Shown one piece after another: positions 22,850 to 35,718 of a stretch of DNA of 64,000 nucleotides. A program made the translations under genes and the position numbers. Below the pieces are notes generated by a model. It was not told where the DNA came from, did not search any database, and worked only from the letters and a program-made list of their open reading frames with translations. The first letter of the stretch is position 1. Every line of letters starts with the position of its first letter. The stretch comes from Eukaryota sp. TZLM1-RC. Taxonomy: Eukaryota > Protista > Metamonada: BaSk clade. The DNA is taken from positions 5,051,784-5,115,783 of the forward strand of contig JAUPSS010000004.1 in NCBI GenBank assembly GCA_040285825.1, read 5' to 3'.

Positions 22850-24245
22850 TGAATTCGTTACGGCCACAAAAAGACATCAAATCTTTTCATTGTTTTTTCT
22901 TGAACCAATTTTTGGAAATTTTTTTGCATAGTCATGTTTTCTGTAGCACAGAATTGGGAGGCCTAGATTTTCACAATTTTTCATATTTGTGTAAAGCTGC
23001 CTTTATTCGTGAAGGCAAAAATTTCATTTTTGAATTTTTGAATCGATTTTCTGAAAACCATTTTGTAACCATTGTAACACAAAGATTTGAATTGTGTGCC
23101 ACTAATGAAGCATTTGTAACAAAAACAAGATAATTTGAATATCCCCATTAATCGATTATTATCAAAAGAAAAATGTATTTGTTCGAATTCACCTCAACTC
23201 ACTTTGCACCATGCTCTGAATTGTTCTAAATTGATAACTTATCGTTCTCCATTACATGATGCTGTTAAAGACACTGTTTTTAATATGGCACGAACTGCAA
23301 GAATATCGTGTATCAAGGAGCCCCTACTGAAGGAAACACTTTCTCTGAATTATTTTGGTTCTGATGATAGAGGTGATAAATACTGTGATTGGATTGATAA
23401 TTCTGAAGCTACTGACTTTGTCTCATGTAATGTTGCAAATGATACTTTGGTTCACAGAAGAAAACTTAATCCTGTGAATGTTTTTGATTTTAAAGCGAAG
23501 GAGAAACATAGAAAATATGATTAAGATATTGAAGAAGCTAATGCTGGTAGAAATACACAGCTAGTTTTTATTGCTTTCCCATTTTCGATAAATGGAAGAT
23601 TATCAGTTGAAGCAGAAACTTTTTTGAATGACTTCCAAAAAATGGTGCAAGAAAAAACAATGAAAAGATTTGATATATTTTTATGGCGTTCTCGAATTCA
23701 ATTTGCTCACTTTTCAACGTCCTCCTTTTTCTCAACTTGACGTCTCATTGTCGGTTCGATTGAAGTCCTCCATTTTCCATGTCAGACACTCTCAGTGATA
23801 CTGACTGGACTGCAAAATGTACCGAACGTGATGTTGACAAATTAACCTCCTCAACCACCAATTGTTCTCATTCTCCCCACCTGTCACTCCATGCTGGAAA
23901 ATTATTGGAAAAATATTCAAATGAAAATTTTCTAAACCACGCCGCAAATGCAGTAAATGTCGAAAATCCGGACATAATATTTCAACTTGTTCGCTTATTC
24001 AAAAGGAAACACTTAATTCTCGTGCAGCTACTGCTGATTTAAATTTTTCATTATCACATAATCCTGAAAAAAATCCTGCAAAAAAAGTTGCCATTATTAA
24101 TAAATTACCTCGGTTTTTCAATCGAATAAGAGGAGCTTTAGCTAGACAGCAAGCAGATCAAGATTTTGTAGAGGAAACCTTGGTTCAATGGATTTCGTCC
24201 CATTAGTTATGAATTAATTTAATTAAGTGTACATGTTCAATAAAT
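22850..24245 (+). mobile_element. Decayed RLE non-LTR copy (family A) with an internal insertion at 23707-24087
   Basis: LGGL thumb remnant, CICSNS...HALNC knuckle and RGD endonuclease; the sequence resumes at 24088. Confidence 0.85.
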
Positions 24246-24409
24246 ATTTTCTGAAAACCAACATTCAATTGAATGTTGTGTTAGTGATTATTTGGTGTCT
24301 TTGCACAATGAACTAGGCTGCCTCTCTCCTCAAAATGCTTTCCTTCCGATATTCAAGAAATTCCACCCAGAAGTTGATTTCTTTAAGATTTGCATACACC
24401 AAATTGCCA

Positions 24410-24770
24410 AATATGAAACATAGAAAATATTACAAAGATACCGAAAAAGTAAATGCTGATAGAAATAGACCACTTGTTTTTATTGCTTTCATATTTTCTA
24501 TAAACAGAAGACTATGAGTAGAAGCAGGAACTTTTTTGAATGATTTCCGAAAATTGGTTTAAGAAAAATAATGAAAAGATTTGATATTTTTTTATCGCGC
24601 TCTCAGATTCGATAAGCCATTGTTAATAAATTACCTCGGTTTTTCAATCGAATTAGAGAACCTTTAGCTAGACAGCAAGCCAATCAAGATTTTGTAGAGG
24701 AAATCTTGGTTCATTGAATTTTGTCCCATCAGTTGTGGGTTTATTATATTAGGTGTTGGAGTTCAATCAA
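24410..24770 (+). mobile_element. Decayed family A RLE 3' fragment
   Basis: Direct nucleotide similarity to 17420-17775. Confidence 0.8.
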
Positions 24771-25206
24771 GAATTGAGTTGTTAATAATTTGGTAATGAA
24801 AATTGTAAAAGCAATATTTTAAAGAGTGATCTTTTTATATTTATTTGATTGACAATAACATCTGACTTGTTCAATGGAAAAATTACATCGAACTCTTAAT
24901 TGGTGAAAATTTTTCCGCTAACCATCGATGAAGTATGACGATACAAAAAATGTGTTGAAGAATCACCTCAGTTGGTCGCAATTCACTTATTGTTCACAAA
25001 AAAAACATATTTCTATACAATCATGAATCACAAATGAGGTTCAATGGTACATTTGATACAAAAAAGAGAAATAAAGACTACCATGTGATTTATTGAGGAT
25101 GAAACCTGATTAGGCTCTGTCATCAAATAACTAATGTCCGAATTAAGTTTTACAATAGAGAACTGCTGGCTACATGTTGAGAAAGATACAGACTACCTCT
25201 AAAGAT

Positions 25207-25666
25207 TTATTGTTTGAGAGCAACACGAAGAGCGATTTGATCAATTTCACGTTGTCCCTTGGAAGTAATTTGACGACCACCTTCGGGGTTCAGCTCGACG
25301 ATGCCGGCAGACTGGAGTTGCTTGAGGATGTTGCGAGCAACAGCACCAGAGGAGAGCATGAAATGTCTGGGTCTGGCTCCACGGCGACCGTTTCCACCAT
25401 AGACCTGACGGAACTTACCTACACCCATTCCTGGGCAAAGATAGACCTTGCGGGCCATGGAAGCTAGGGTGAGGACATTCTGAAACCATACCAGCACGGA
25501 TGAAGAACCAATCGGCGTCTGTGGGAGCGAGTTCCTTGAAACTGGCAGTTTTGACGAGGTCTACCCATTCGGGAGCCTTGATAGTGTCAGATGCCTTCAA
25601 TTGTTGGGCATATGCCTTAATGAAGTGGGCAGAATCAACGTCCTTTAGAGTAATTGCAGGAGCCAT
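25207..25666 (-). CDS. RPS19: 40S ribosomal protein S19 (eS19); intron at 25464-25491
   Basis: TLKDVD...[22 protein letters not shown]|[13 protein letters not shown], joined by a 28-nt GT-AG intron. Confidence 0.96.
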
Positions 25667-26329
25667 GTTGAGAATGGACAAAAAGAGAGTTTTCACTCAT
25701 CCATTATTTCTCATTTATGGATAGTTACACAGTTTGCGGCAATGAGGATGTATTACTTAAGCTGACCACCCAAACACATGCCCGTTTTGTACTTCCTTAT
25801 GTTTTTCATCCAGTGATTTGGTCGACTATCAAAATACTCTTACACAGTATGGTCTCAATGTATTTCTAGTCTGTGTCAAACAGGTGTTAACCTTTATTAT
25901 GCACTGGTTTCAGTCTAAAATATATTGGCGCTCTCTTAATGTATCCCTCTCAAATCCACAAAGTGTGCCTCTTGTGTGACTTTCCCGATAAAGAAACGAG
26001 AGGAGTTGTGGAGAAGACACTTGTGGAGGTGAATCTGACCTCCTTTGTAGAGCACTCAAATGTCACTGGGATAATGATTAAATCACTATTGATTGGCCTT
26101 TTCTAAATTGTTTTCGTATATATCCACCACACCAATTTTATTATTTCTCAATGAGCAGTTTCGCAAACAATGTTTCCATGTGTTTTTGGGAGAAATCGGT
26201 TTGCATCTCAATAAGTCAACTATAAAATTGAACTAGTGAAATGTATTAGGAAGGTATGTTACTAACAACCCAAAGCTCAACTATATTTGCATTAAAGAAA
26301 TTTTAAAATATTCAAAAATATACAACTAA

Positions 26330-26620
26330 AGACAACTTGGTTGAATGCTTTCCCATTTTCTATAAACGGAAGACTATCAGTGAAACAGGAACTTTATTTG
26401 GATGGTTTCCAAAAATTGGTTCAAGAAAAAACAATGAAAAGATTTGATATCTTTTTATGGTGCATGAATTCAATTCTCCATAATTAATAAATTATAACGT
26501 TGCTTCCATCGAATTAGAGACGAAATGGCGAGAAAACAAGCTGTTCAGGATTATGTGGCGGAAATCTTGGTTTATCCAATTTTGTCGCATTAGTAATCAG
26601 CATATTCGGAGTTCAATGAA
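26330..26620 (+). mobile_element. Decayed family A RLE 3' fragment
   Basis: GCTTTCCCATTTTCTATAAACGGAAGAC... similarity to family A. Confidence 0.75.
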
Positions 26621-27135
26621 AATATTTTTATTGAATTGAATGAAATTGCAAATTCTTCCCTGTACAATTTCGCCAATGCTTTGACAGGCCCTGCGGTTTA
26701 GTGAACATTCTTTTGTACAATAGATTTTCATGTATGTTTATTTACTAGAATGTAATCTAGTATTGGGCAGTGGCTAAAACACTACGGTAATCACAGTTCT
26801 TCATGTGGTTGATTTAAAATATTGTTTGTTTTTGTTATTGATAAAGGAGGTCACAGGATGAGTGTTGAACAGCACCATAATCAACCATCTCACAAATTGA
26901 CATTCCTCTAGTAGGTGAGAACGATAACAGAATTGTGAAGGGGTTTGGTACAACTAAACTAACACTAACGAAAACTAAACAAAATGGGGGATATCATCCA
27001 CATTATCAATGACAAGAACAGTCACATCTTAAAACTCAACCAAAAAGCCTTAATTTAAATTTTTACCCACTCAAAACCCCATCAATTCAATAACAGGAGA
27101 TTTTCGCTATTCGGCCAGACAGCGACTTCCCTTTT

Positions 27136-27700
27136 TTAAAACTCTGTAATGTTATTCAAAATGGAGTTAATATAAAGAAGAAGAAGATCGTTCAATATAG
27201 AAAATACAATTCTGTTCTCCCAAATCAAACATTCAAATCTACAACCACTTACATTGAGAAATTTTCCTAAGTCATTTACAAAGTTAAGACCTTCACTACC
27301 AATGGTACCAGGAATTGAAATAACAATCGAGAACAAAATTGATGTTTCTGCATCTTGCTCTTATGGGACGTTTAAGAAGAATTTCTTATTTTGATTTCTT
27401 GGTAAGCTCTGAAACATTGAGTAAATGTTGCATGTCAAAATTGGGACTCCGTTTCCACGAATATACGGTAGTACTATCAATATTTAGTTCAGCTTCATCA
27501 TACCAAGCACATTGAATATCACCTCGTTTTTGACTCAACCTGAAACTTAATTCATCAAACAGAAGTTCTAAACGAACTGGTGGGTGAGCACAATTCAACA
27601 GAACGGAAATACAATTACGAGCAGCATTGTGTATAATTGATCCTTTTTGGGTAAATTTGCAGCAGGAAATAATGTGATCAAAAGAAAAATAAGCACAACA
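27136..27700 (-). mobile_element. Decayed RLE non-LTR fragment (another family)
   Basis: HIISCCK..IHNAAR knuckle remnant, KRGDIQC and IWENRIVFSI. Confidence 0.7.
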
Positions 27701-27789
27701 TCATATAACTGAAGATTAGAAAGCTCAAACAAACTTTTTTATTACATTAAAATATAGTTAAAATGTGTTTACTTTCACTGATGTAGTAT

Positions 27790-28215
27790 TACAGAAGTTC
27801 TTTGGTTCAAAGAAGAAACCTTAATCCTTTAAGTGCTCTTGAATTTAAAGCTATAGAAAACATAGAAAATAAGACAATGATATAGAAGAAGCTAATGCTG
27901 ATAGAGATAGACCACTTGTTGTTATTGCTTTCCCATTTTCTTTAAACGGAAGACTATCAGTAGAAGCAGAAACTTTTTCAATGATTTCCAAAAAATGTTT
28001 TAAGAAAAAAGCAATGAAACGATTTGGAGTTTTTTATGGTATTTTTTTCTCGAATTCAGTTTGCCATTATTAATAGATTACCTCGGTTTTTCAATCAAAT
28101 TAGAGAAGCTTTAGCTAGACAGCAAACAGATCAAGATTTTGTAGAGGAAATCATGGTTCAATGATTTTCGTCCCTTTTGTTATGAATTAATTTTATTAAG
28201 TGTGATAGTTTAATA
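27790..28215 (+). mobile_element. Decayed family A RLE 3' fragment
   Basis: Nucleotide similarity to the family A 3' end. Confidence 0.8.
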
Positions 28216-28276
28216 AAGGTGTTGTTTCTAGAAGTCAATTGCTCAATCTTTCCTTTCCTTTTTCTCTACACTGTCA

Positions 28277-30112
28277 ATGGACCTGGCCACAACCTGCCTC
28301 ACATCTCTAGATTTCTCCACTAGAAACTACATTGACAGATCATTCGAATCTTCATCCCATCAGGATGTTGGTGTCAAGTGTATTTCCACTCGTGAAGACT
28401 ATGCTCTTCTCCTCACCTTTTCTGGTGAAGTTTATGGTTGGGGGAATAATTTTGGAGGTCAAGTTCTTTTCAGTACCCAAACTAGATGTGAAAATAATGT
28501 GATCAATCATGTTGTACCTGGAACTATCAAAACTCCGGTTAAATTGCCATTAAATAATATTATTTCTATTTCAACTCATTCTGATCATGCACTTGCCCTT
28601 AATTCTTATGGTGATGTATTTCATTGGGGAATTTACGATAAAAAACCCGGAACCACTCATGATGGTAACTGGGAGGTATCTATATCACCTATTACACAAG
28701 TCACACTTCCTTTTTCTATTGAAAATGTTTTTGTTAATGAAGGCTCTATGCTTGTTTTAAGTCAAGATGGTAAAGTTATTCGAATTAATCGTACTTTTGG
28801 CCAGTTTGCACAAGGAGTAGAATTTAATTTCGAAATTGTTGAAGAATTAAACAATATTATTCACATTGATGATTTTTTTTATTTCGATACTAATAACCAA
28901 GTTTATTATTATCATGGTGGTAGTAAATTCTCTGAAGACGAAGGAAGTTTTTCTTTAATCCCAATACGCAGATACTTGATCCCAAGAATTCCTTTGAAAG
29001 ATTCTTATTTAGCAAATGGGGATTTGTTCATTATTGATGTCAATGGTGATGTTTGGAAGTTTGGTAAGCGTAATCTGTTCAATGACAAACCTACCAAAGT
29101 GGATGGTTTAAGCAATATTGTTTCTATTAGTGGTTATGAAGATAGTTTTGCCGCTATTGATAATAATGGTAAAGTTTTTGTTTCTGTTTATTTGAATGAA
29201 ATGAGTGATTTTTATGAAAAACGTTATTACGAGCAAGTATGTATCGAAGCTTTCACTAATATAGAAGGCGTTTCAGTAGGTTATTACTATCTTTTTGCCT
29301 ACAACAAAAACACTGTTTGGGCCTGGGGAAGGAACCATGAAGCTCAATTAGGTACAGGTGATTTGATTGATCGACCTCAACCTGTCAAAGTATTTGGGTC
29401 AGAAATTCTTGGCAGTTTTCAATATCCAAGACAACCTTTGGATAGAATGTTTAGTGGTCTAATCAAATTAATTTACTTTGAATATTTACAATATTTGAAG
29501 AATATGTTTGGTAACCACCCTTATACAAAAGCCAGATTCTATACCAAATGTTCAATTAGCAAGAGAGTGGCTAAATTGGCTAAGGAAGTAATCAATCGAT
29601 TTGAATCATTAACAGATCCTCAAGATTTAACTTTAAACGAAAGTAATCTTGATTCACAATTGCGATTATCTATTGATTCTGAGGGTACTGAGTTAAGCTA
29701 CCACACATCATTGAAAGAATTGGTGGCATCACATCATATTCCTTCAGAAAGAATATTAAAAGGACAAATACCTTTACCTCAATCCATTGTTAAATTGGAA
29801 GTGGAGTTAATGTTTATGGATTTAGTTAATATTGAAATACAATTACCAAACTTGAAGGAATTGATAATTCATCGTAACGCCCCTACCAATATCACTGAAC
29901 AAAACTTTCCTTCTCTGAAATTCATTCAATTAGTTACAGTTGAAAAAGAAAAGCTTTTTGGTTCTTCCCTATCTCCAACCAAATTTATTAATCAAGGTAT
30001 AATTAAATCTGTTAAACTAATCAAGAATGAATATTTAGTTGAATTATCTTGTTTTCCATGGTGGATTCAGTATCCTGCTAAATGGTATTTGATTGATTTT
30101 TTGATTGACTAA
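28277..30112 (+). CDS. RCC1-repeat (beta-propeller) protein with LRR-like C-terminus
   Basis: Repeats GEVYGWGNNFGGQ, HALALNSYGDVFHWG and VWAWGRNHEAQLGTGD; C-terminal LPQSIVKL/LPNLKEL. Confidence 0.85.
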   Translation: MDLATTCLTSLDFSTRNYIDRSFESSSHQDVGVKCISTREDYALLLTFSGEVYGWGNNFGGQVLFSTQTRCENNVINHVVPGTIKTPVKLPLNNIISISTHSDHALALNSYGDVFHWGIYDKKPGTTHDGNWEVSISPITQVTLPFSIENVFVNEGSMLVLSQDGKVIRINRTFGQFAQGVEFNFEIVEELNNIIHIDDFFYFDTNNQVYYYHGGSKFSEDEGSFSLIPIRRYLIPRIPLKDSYLANGDLFIIDVNGDVWKFGKRNLFNDKPTKVDGLSNIVSISGYEDSFAAIDNNGKVFVSVYLNEMSDFYEKRYYEQVCIEAFTNIEGVSVGYYYLFAYNKNTVWAWGRNHEAQLGTGDLIDRPQPVKVFGSEILGSFQYPRQPLDRMFSGLIKLIYFEYLQYLKNMFGNHPYTKARFYTKCSISKRVAKLAKEVINRFESLTDPQDLTLNESNLDSQLRLSIDSEGTELSYHTSLKELVASHHIPSERILKGQIPLPQSIVKLEVELMFMDLVNIEIQLPNLKELIIHRNAPTNITEQNFPSLKFIQLVTVEKEKLFGSSLSPTKFINQGIIKSVKLIKNEYLVELSCFPWWIQYPAKWYLIDFLID

Positions 30113-30324
30113 TGAGTGCAATTTAAATTTTCTAGTTTCTGATTCTTTTGATCAATTGTATATTTGACATTTCTTTATTTAGTTTTTGTACATGAACTAA
30201 GCTTTTCTTTTCCCTTTACTTGCATTTCCTTGGTTGTTGCGTCTAGGAACAGTTTTGTTGTAATTTTGGCTATTTCTTGTAATTTTTCATTTATTCTCAT
30301 TATCACATATAGTAAATGTTGTAT

Positions 30325-30720
30325 TGTTGCCTTAAATCATTAAGTTAAGATAAAGATTATTTATTTTCTATTCATATTATCTACGCCTTAGGGTGCCAAC
30401 ACATCTTCTTCCCCTCAAAATCAATCAGCTTATATAAATTTTCAAATTATGACTAAATAATTATAATCATCTAAATGAACCAAGAATTAGCTACAGTGTC
30501 TAATTCTATTACTGCTTCTAGACCGCTTAGGGGCTGTAGACTCATTGCTAGCACCTTTGCGTGGGTTTGTAGTTCGTCAACTACTACAATTTTTGGATGA
30601 GTTGTAGAAGGAATGTCTCCAAAAAATAATTCTGTATGATCTCAGTGTATCTGAAATTGTAAATCTCTTTTATTAATTGATACAAGGGGTTATATTCTTG
30701 ATTTGTCCAATAGAGTTCAA
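30325..30720 (-). mobile_element. Gypsy remnant: 77-bp 3' LTR (30325-30401), polypurine tract and decayed internal 3' end
   Basis: TGTTG...CAACA termini, clear similarity to 61309-61389, and an adjacent GAGGGGAAGAAGA purine tract on the minus strand. Confidence 0.75.
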
Positions 30721-31006
30721 ATGGTGATTTGATTCATAAATAAATCGCTTTTTTGTAGTGAAACCTCATTCTCTCTTCATGATGTTTTTTGTAGCTTACC
30801 AAATCATATTTCCCTGAATTTAAAACTTATCTACTTCTTACATTGAACACAACTATTGTGAAAGGACGATTAACAGTTATTTCATAATAGATTTTCTATT
30901 GTTTCGTAACTGAGCTTAAAGATTCATGAATTGTTTTTTTCTTCAAATATCAAATATTTTTATTTATTATTATTATTATTATAGAGTGACAACATACAGC
31001 TAAGAG

Positions 31007-31410
31007 TTAGAACTCATAAGAACAAAAATTCTCCACATCTACCCTTACACTTCTATATAACTTTTTGAATATCTGAGACAAGTATTTGGGAAAGCTTCGA
31101 AATAAAGCAAAGATAATTCTATTACGCCAAATGGAGATGTTAAATAATCTGTTACGTTCAAGACATAACTTGGCAAAAGAATCAAGAACCTTTTGACCTA
31201 TCATACCAATACTTCCGAAAATCGAAATTGCAAACGGAATGAAGACAAAAGAAGAGTATAAATTTTGATTAAAATTCCTCATTACTTCATCATACAACTG
31301 ATACTTACGTGCCTCCGCCTGACACAGATGCGAATTTTCATCATTAACAACTGAAGACAAGTACACTTTTTTACAAGGGTCAACGGTAGTTAAATTAACA
31401 ACCGCCTGAG
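31007..31410 (-). mobile_element. RLE non-LTR 3' fragment (family E)
   Basis: TTVDPC...EARKY..Y, PFAISIFG, WRNRIIFAL. Confidence 0.8.
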
Positions 31411-31689
31411 ATGAAAATATTTTTGTTCCAATGTAGCTACTGTATGTTACTGCTTGAAATGAGGAAATTTCAAAAATCGATGTAGAAGAATGAAATCGAT
31501 GCTTTCCCCAATCAATCAATGGCATTAGTCCAGAATAGAATTGTGTAAATTTAAAATACACTCTTTGAACATTTCAAAAACCACTGACTGAAATGGATGA
31601 AAATGATCTTTATAAAAATAAATGCGGCTTGGCTCCACTTGTTGTTATCGGAAAAAGTTTGTTTGTGAAAACCAGCGACAAGATTCTTC

Positions 31690-32471
31690 ACTGTTTGTAA
31701 CCATTGCACCACGAAGATCTGGACTGTGTGCTACTAATGAAGCATTTGTAACAAAAATGAGATTCTATTTGAATATCCCCATTAATCAATTATTATCAAA
31801 ATAAAAATGTATTTGTTCGAATTCACCACAGCTCAGTTTACGCAATGCTCTCAAATGTTCGAAATTGATAACTTATCGTTCTTCATTACATGATGCTTTT
31901 AGAGACACTGTTTTTAATATGGCACGAACTGCAAGAATATCGTTTATCAAGGAGCCCCTACTGAAGGAAACACTTTCTCTGAATAATTTTGGGCTGATGA
32001 TAGAGGTGATGTATACTGTGATTGGATTGATAATTCTGAAGTTATTGTTGACTTTGTCTCATGTAATGTTGCAAATGATACTTTGGTTCACAGAAGAAAA
32101 CTTAATCCTGTGACTGCTCTTTATTTTAAAGCAAAAGAGAAACATAGAAAATATGATAAAGATATTGAAGAAGCAAATACTGAAAGAAATACACAGCTGG
32201 TTTTTATTGCTTTCCCATTTTCGATAAATGGAAGACTATCAGATGAAGCAGAAACTTTTTTGAATGACTTCCAAAAAATGGTGCAAGAAAAAATAATGAA
32301 AAGATTTGATATATTTTTATGGCGTTCACGGATTCCATTTGCCATTATTAATAGATTACCTCGGTTTTTAATCGAATAAGAGAAGCTTTAGCTAGACAGC
32401 AAGCAGATCAAGATTGTGTAGAGGAAATCTTAATTCAATGATAGTCGTCCCATTAGTCATGAGTTAATTTA
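31690..32471 (+). mobile_element. Decayed family A RLE copy
   Basis: Zinc-knuckle and endonuclease region similar to 23070-23700; frameshifted. Confidence 0.85.
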
Positions 32472-32792
32472 ACAATTTCAGTACTTATGTGGGCTGTTGG
32501 TTAGTCAAATCCAAAGAAAAACCTCTCGAAATAAGTTATTTGCTAGGTTTTCTTCTTGACAAGGATCAAAGCAAAGTGTTATTCTCTCGCAAAGCAAAGT
32601 GTTTTTCTTTAATTCCATATTAATAGTACACAAATATGTTCGCGAAAACTTGTCATGATATCATTTTTCCATAAAATGTATTGAAAACGAAACAAAAATC
32701 TAAAAAACAACATTGTTATTGAATAATTGTAAAACTAAAACCCTCTACTTCATTAAATAAGCGGAAAAACTAAATAGACACATAAAATAAAC

Positions 32793-34238
32793 TCAACTAC
32801 AACTAATCAAACTTTCAATAATTCCTTTGACTTCCATTGCTTTATTCATGGTGGTTATTTTTGAATTTATAACAAGCGCTAAATTCTCAAATTTACGACA
32901 AACATCATTGTTTTGCATTATCAAAGGCTCATAAAGTTCAACCATTAGGGCAAAAACTTCACAAAAAAGATCATTATAACCAGGATCATTGGCAATTTTT
33001 GAAAATATATTAATCATTTTGATAACCATTTCAGGTTCCTTATTGTCTAAACCAATCACCAAAGCACCTCTACGGCGAAGTTCAATCAAAAGAGCAATCA
33101 AATGGGGCAAATGGCCACGTGTCACCACGTCATCAACTGCTTTTCCATATTGAAATTTTTGCAAAAACTTTTCAAATTTTTTAACCGACTTATACCTGGT
33201 CGAAGTGGACATATTGACAACATTTGTACTAGATTTAAGTTTGGTTTTCGAAAATAATTCGTCCATATTTAAAGACATTTTCTTTTTTAAACTTTTTAGA
33301 TAGACAGAACCATCCAAGCTAGCAAAAGAAATATTGTGTAAATTAGGTGAAGATTTCGCATCAATTACTGGGCTATTTGATTTAAAAGTATGGCATAGTT
33401 CTAAATTTGATGAGTCTAAAACAGAAACAGTACAATCAAGAGATGAGCAAATTAATCGATGACCCTTGTTGGTGAAGCTGAGATTACTGATTGGCTTGTT
33501 ATGACGTGATGATGTCATCATCATTCGACCGGCAACCAGGTCAAAAACGGAAACTGATGGACCATTTGCAACTGCCATCAACGAACCACCAGGGTAAGAA
33601 ACCACAGATTCTACAGGATTCTCGCAATCAAACCTCTGCTCCTCCTTGCCAGACCTGCTATCCCACAACCTAACACTGCAATCATTACTACCGGAAAGAA
33701 TGACAGGACGGTTGGGGAGAGAAGAGATTGATTTCACATACTGGGAGTGGCCAGCAAAGGAGGTAATGTTAGAGGCTGTTTCGAGTGACCAGAGTCGTAC
33801 TGTCTTGTCATTACCACAAGAAAGAATTTGCTGTTGGTTGTGTTCAAAGAACCTACAGTCGTTGACAGGACCTTCATGACCTAGGAGGGAACGGAGAGAG
33901 GTACCTTGGTGGGAGGTGAAAGCACGGACAAGACCATCATCAGTGGAAGTAACAATAAGTTCACCAGAGAGGTTGTAACGACAGCGAAGGACGCCAGATT
34001 GGAACCTGGTGATTTCTTTCCTTAAAGTGCGACTTTGAGTGTCATAAATGGCGACACGTGGCCCTGAGGATATGATAAGGTCAAATGGAGTAACTGGAGA
34101 GAAATCGAGAGATGTAGGGGTTCCAGTGACTGGAAGAATGTCAGAGACACGGAAACAACGCCAAAAGAGGGATTCAGTATGTACTTTACGAGCGATTGTA
34201 TGTCGCTGAGGGATGGGAAGAGATTTGAAGTGTGACAT
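32793..34238 (-). CDS. UTP15: U3 snoRNP/SSU processome WD40 protein UTP15
   Basis: TESLFWRCF N-terminus, seven WD40 repeats, C-terminal FEKFLQKFQYGKAVD...ALLIELRRRGAL. Confidence 0.9.
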   Translation of the reverse strand: MSHFKSLPIPQRHTIARKVHTESLFWRCFRVSDILPVTGTPTSLDFSPVTPFDLIISSGPRVAIYDTQSRTLRKEITRFQSGVLRCRYNLSGELIVTSTDDGLVRAFTSHQGTSLRSLLGHEGPVNDCRFFEHNQQQILSCGNDKTVRLWSLETASNITSFAGHSQYVKSISSLPNRPVILSGSNDCSVRLWDSRSGKEEQRFDCENPVESVVSYPGGSLMAVANGPSVSVFDLVAGRMMMTSSRHNKPISNLSFTNKGHRLICSSLDCTVSVLDSSNLELCHTFKSNSPVIDAKSSPNLHNISFASLDGSVYLKSLKKKMSLNMDELFSKTKLKSSTNVVNMSTSTRYKSVKKFEKFLQKFQYGKAVDDVVTRGHLPHLIALLIELRRRGALVIGLDNKEPEMVIKMINIFSKIANDPGYNDLFCEVFALMVELYEPLIMQNNDVCRKFENLALVINSKITTMNKAMEVKGIIESLISCS

Positions 34239-34384
34239 TGGCTATGAACACACTGATGACAAGCAGTTGTGACCTATAGGAAGTGGAAAATGTTGATCAA
34301 AGAATAGTATTTTTTATTTTTTTTATTTATTTATCAGACATTATCTTAATTTGCTACGCAGAAAAAAAAACTAAACAAAACAAA

Positions 34385-35120
34385 CTAAAACACATAAGAA
34401 GCAAAATTCTCCACGCCAACTCTTGATGAATCCTTATACAGCTTGGACATCATTAAATTTAAGTATGTGGGAACACTTCTATACAAAGCAAAAATGATAC
34501 GATTCTTCCATAAATTCCCTGCAAAATTTTTACTACTTGAACGACATAAATTACCAAAATCATTGAGAAAATTCAAGGCAGACTGTCCAATGTTGCCAAA
34601 AATCGAGAAGACAAAAGGAACCAACGAAAACTTCGCGTAAAGGTTTTGATTTAAATCATTTAATATCTCAGTATATTTGTCTCTTTTACGATCCTCAGCT
34701 TTGTTTAAATGACCATTAGAACTAAGTAAAACATCATCACGATAAATAAAAGCAAAGAGATCAACTGTAGTAAAATCAACAACAGCTTGAGAGGAAAACT
34801 ACAAAAGGAGCAATTTAATCACCTCGACGTGAATTAAACAGATTATTATCGCTATAATGCTTCAACAACGGTTCTACTTTGCAACTAAAATTGTAACACT
34901 TGAACATCTCATATGCCACATCACGAACGGCATTATGAAGAACTGAGCGATATTGAAGAAATTTCTTGCAACTAACAACATGACGGAAATTGGCAGTAGG
35001 TTTTTCGTTACAAATACAAACAGAATTATCCAAAAGACCACTTGGATACAGCCCTAATCTCAAACGCTTGTTTTGTTTCCAAGCTTCATTTGTTAAGTGA
35101 AGACCAAATGGCCTTGGTTA
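34385..35120 (-). mobile_element. RLE non-LTR fragment (family E-like)
   Basis: RLGL...CIC...HVVSC...RSVLHNAVRD, RRGD, EDRKRDKY, PFVFSIFG. Confidence 0.85.
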
Positions 35121-35718
35121 CTGAGATATTTTTTTATTTTTTTTATTTTTGAACAGTATTTGACGAATAATAAACATGAACTTGTCTAAGTTCATGGTTT
35201 TCTTTATAATTAGTCGCAGATCTTACTAACAGGAACCTAATGTTGATCATGAAATAGTGTCACCCATGATGAAATGTTTATAGTTCCATCTTGTGTTTGT
35301 TTACAAAAAACAAATTTTGAGTAATGAATAATAGTTCCAAATGCAAATAAATGATTTACACTCAGAAAAAAACAAAAACTGTTTTGACATCAGATTTGAC
35401 TATTTACAATGCAGCAGGTAATCCAAAAGAAAAAATATTTGCTCTTATGTATTGAAATGATGAGATTTTGAGACCCTTTGGTTGATTATATAAAAACAAG
35501 ATGTACATAGGTTAAACCAAAATATTCTGCACATCTTAATAGTGTGATCATGAAAATTCATGACTACCCAAATAAAAACACATTTCCATTGCAGTTGAAT
35601 ACCCCAATAATGAATAATTGATAATTGCATGGTTTCAAATGATACCTAATCAAATCAATCTGAACACTGCAAAACAAATTAAAAACAAAAGCCACAAATA
35701 AATAACCACGGGAACCAA

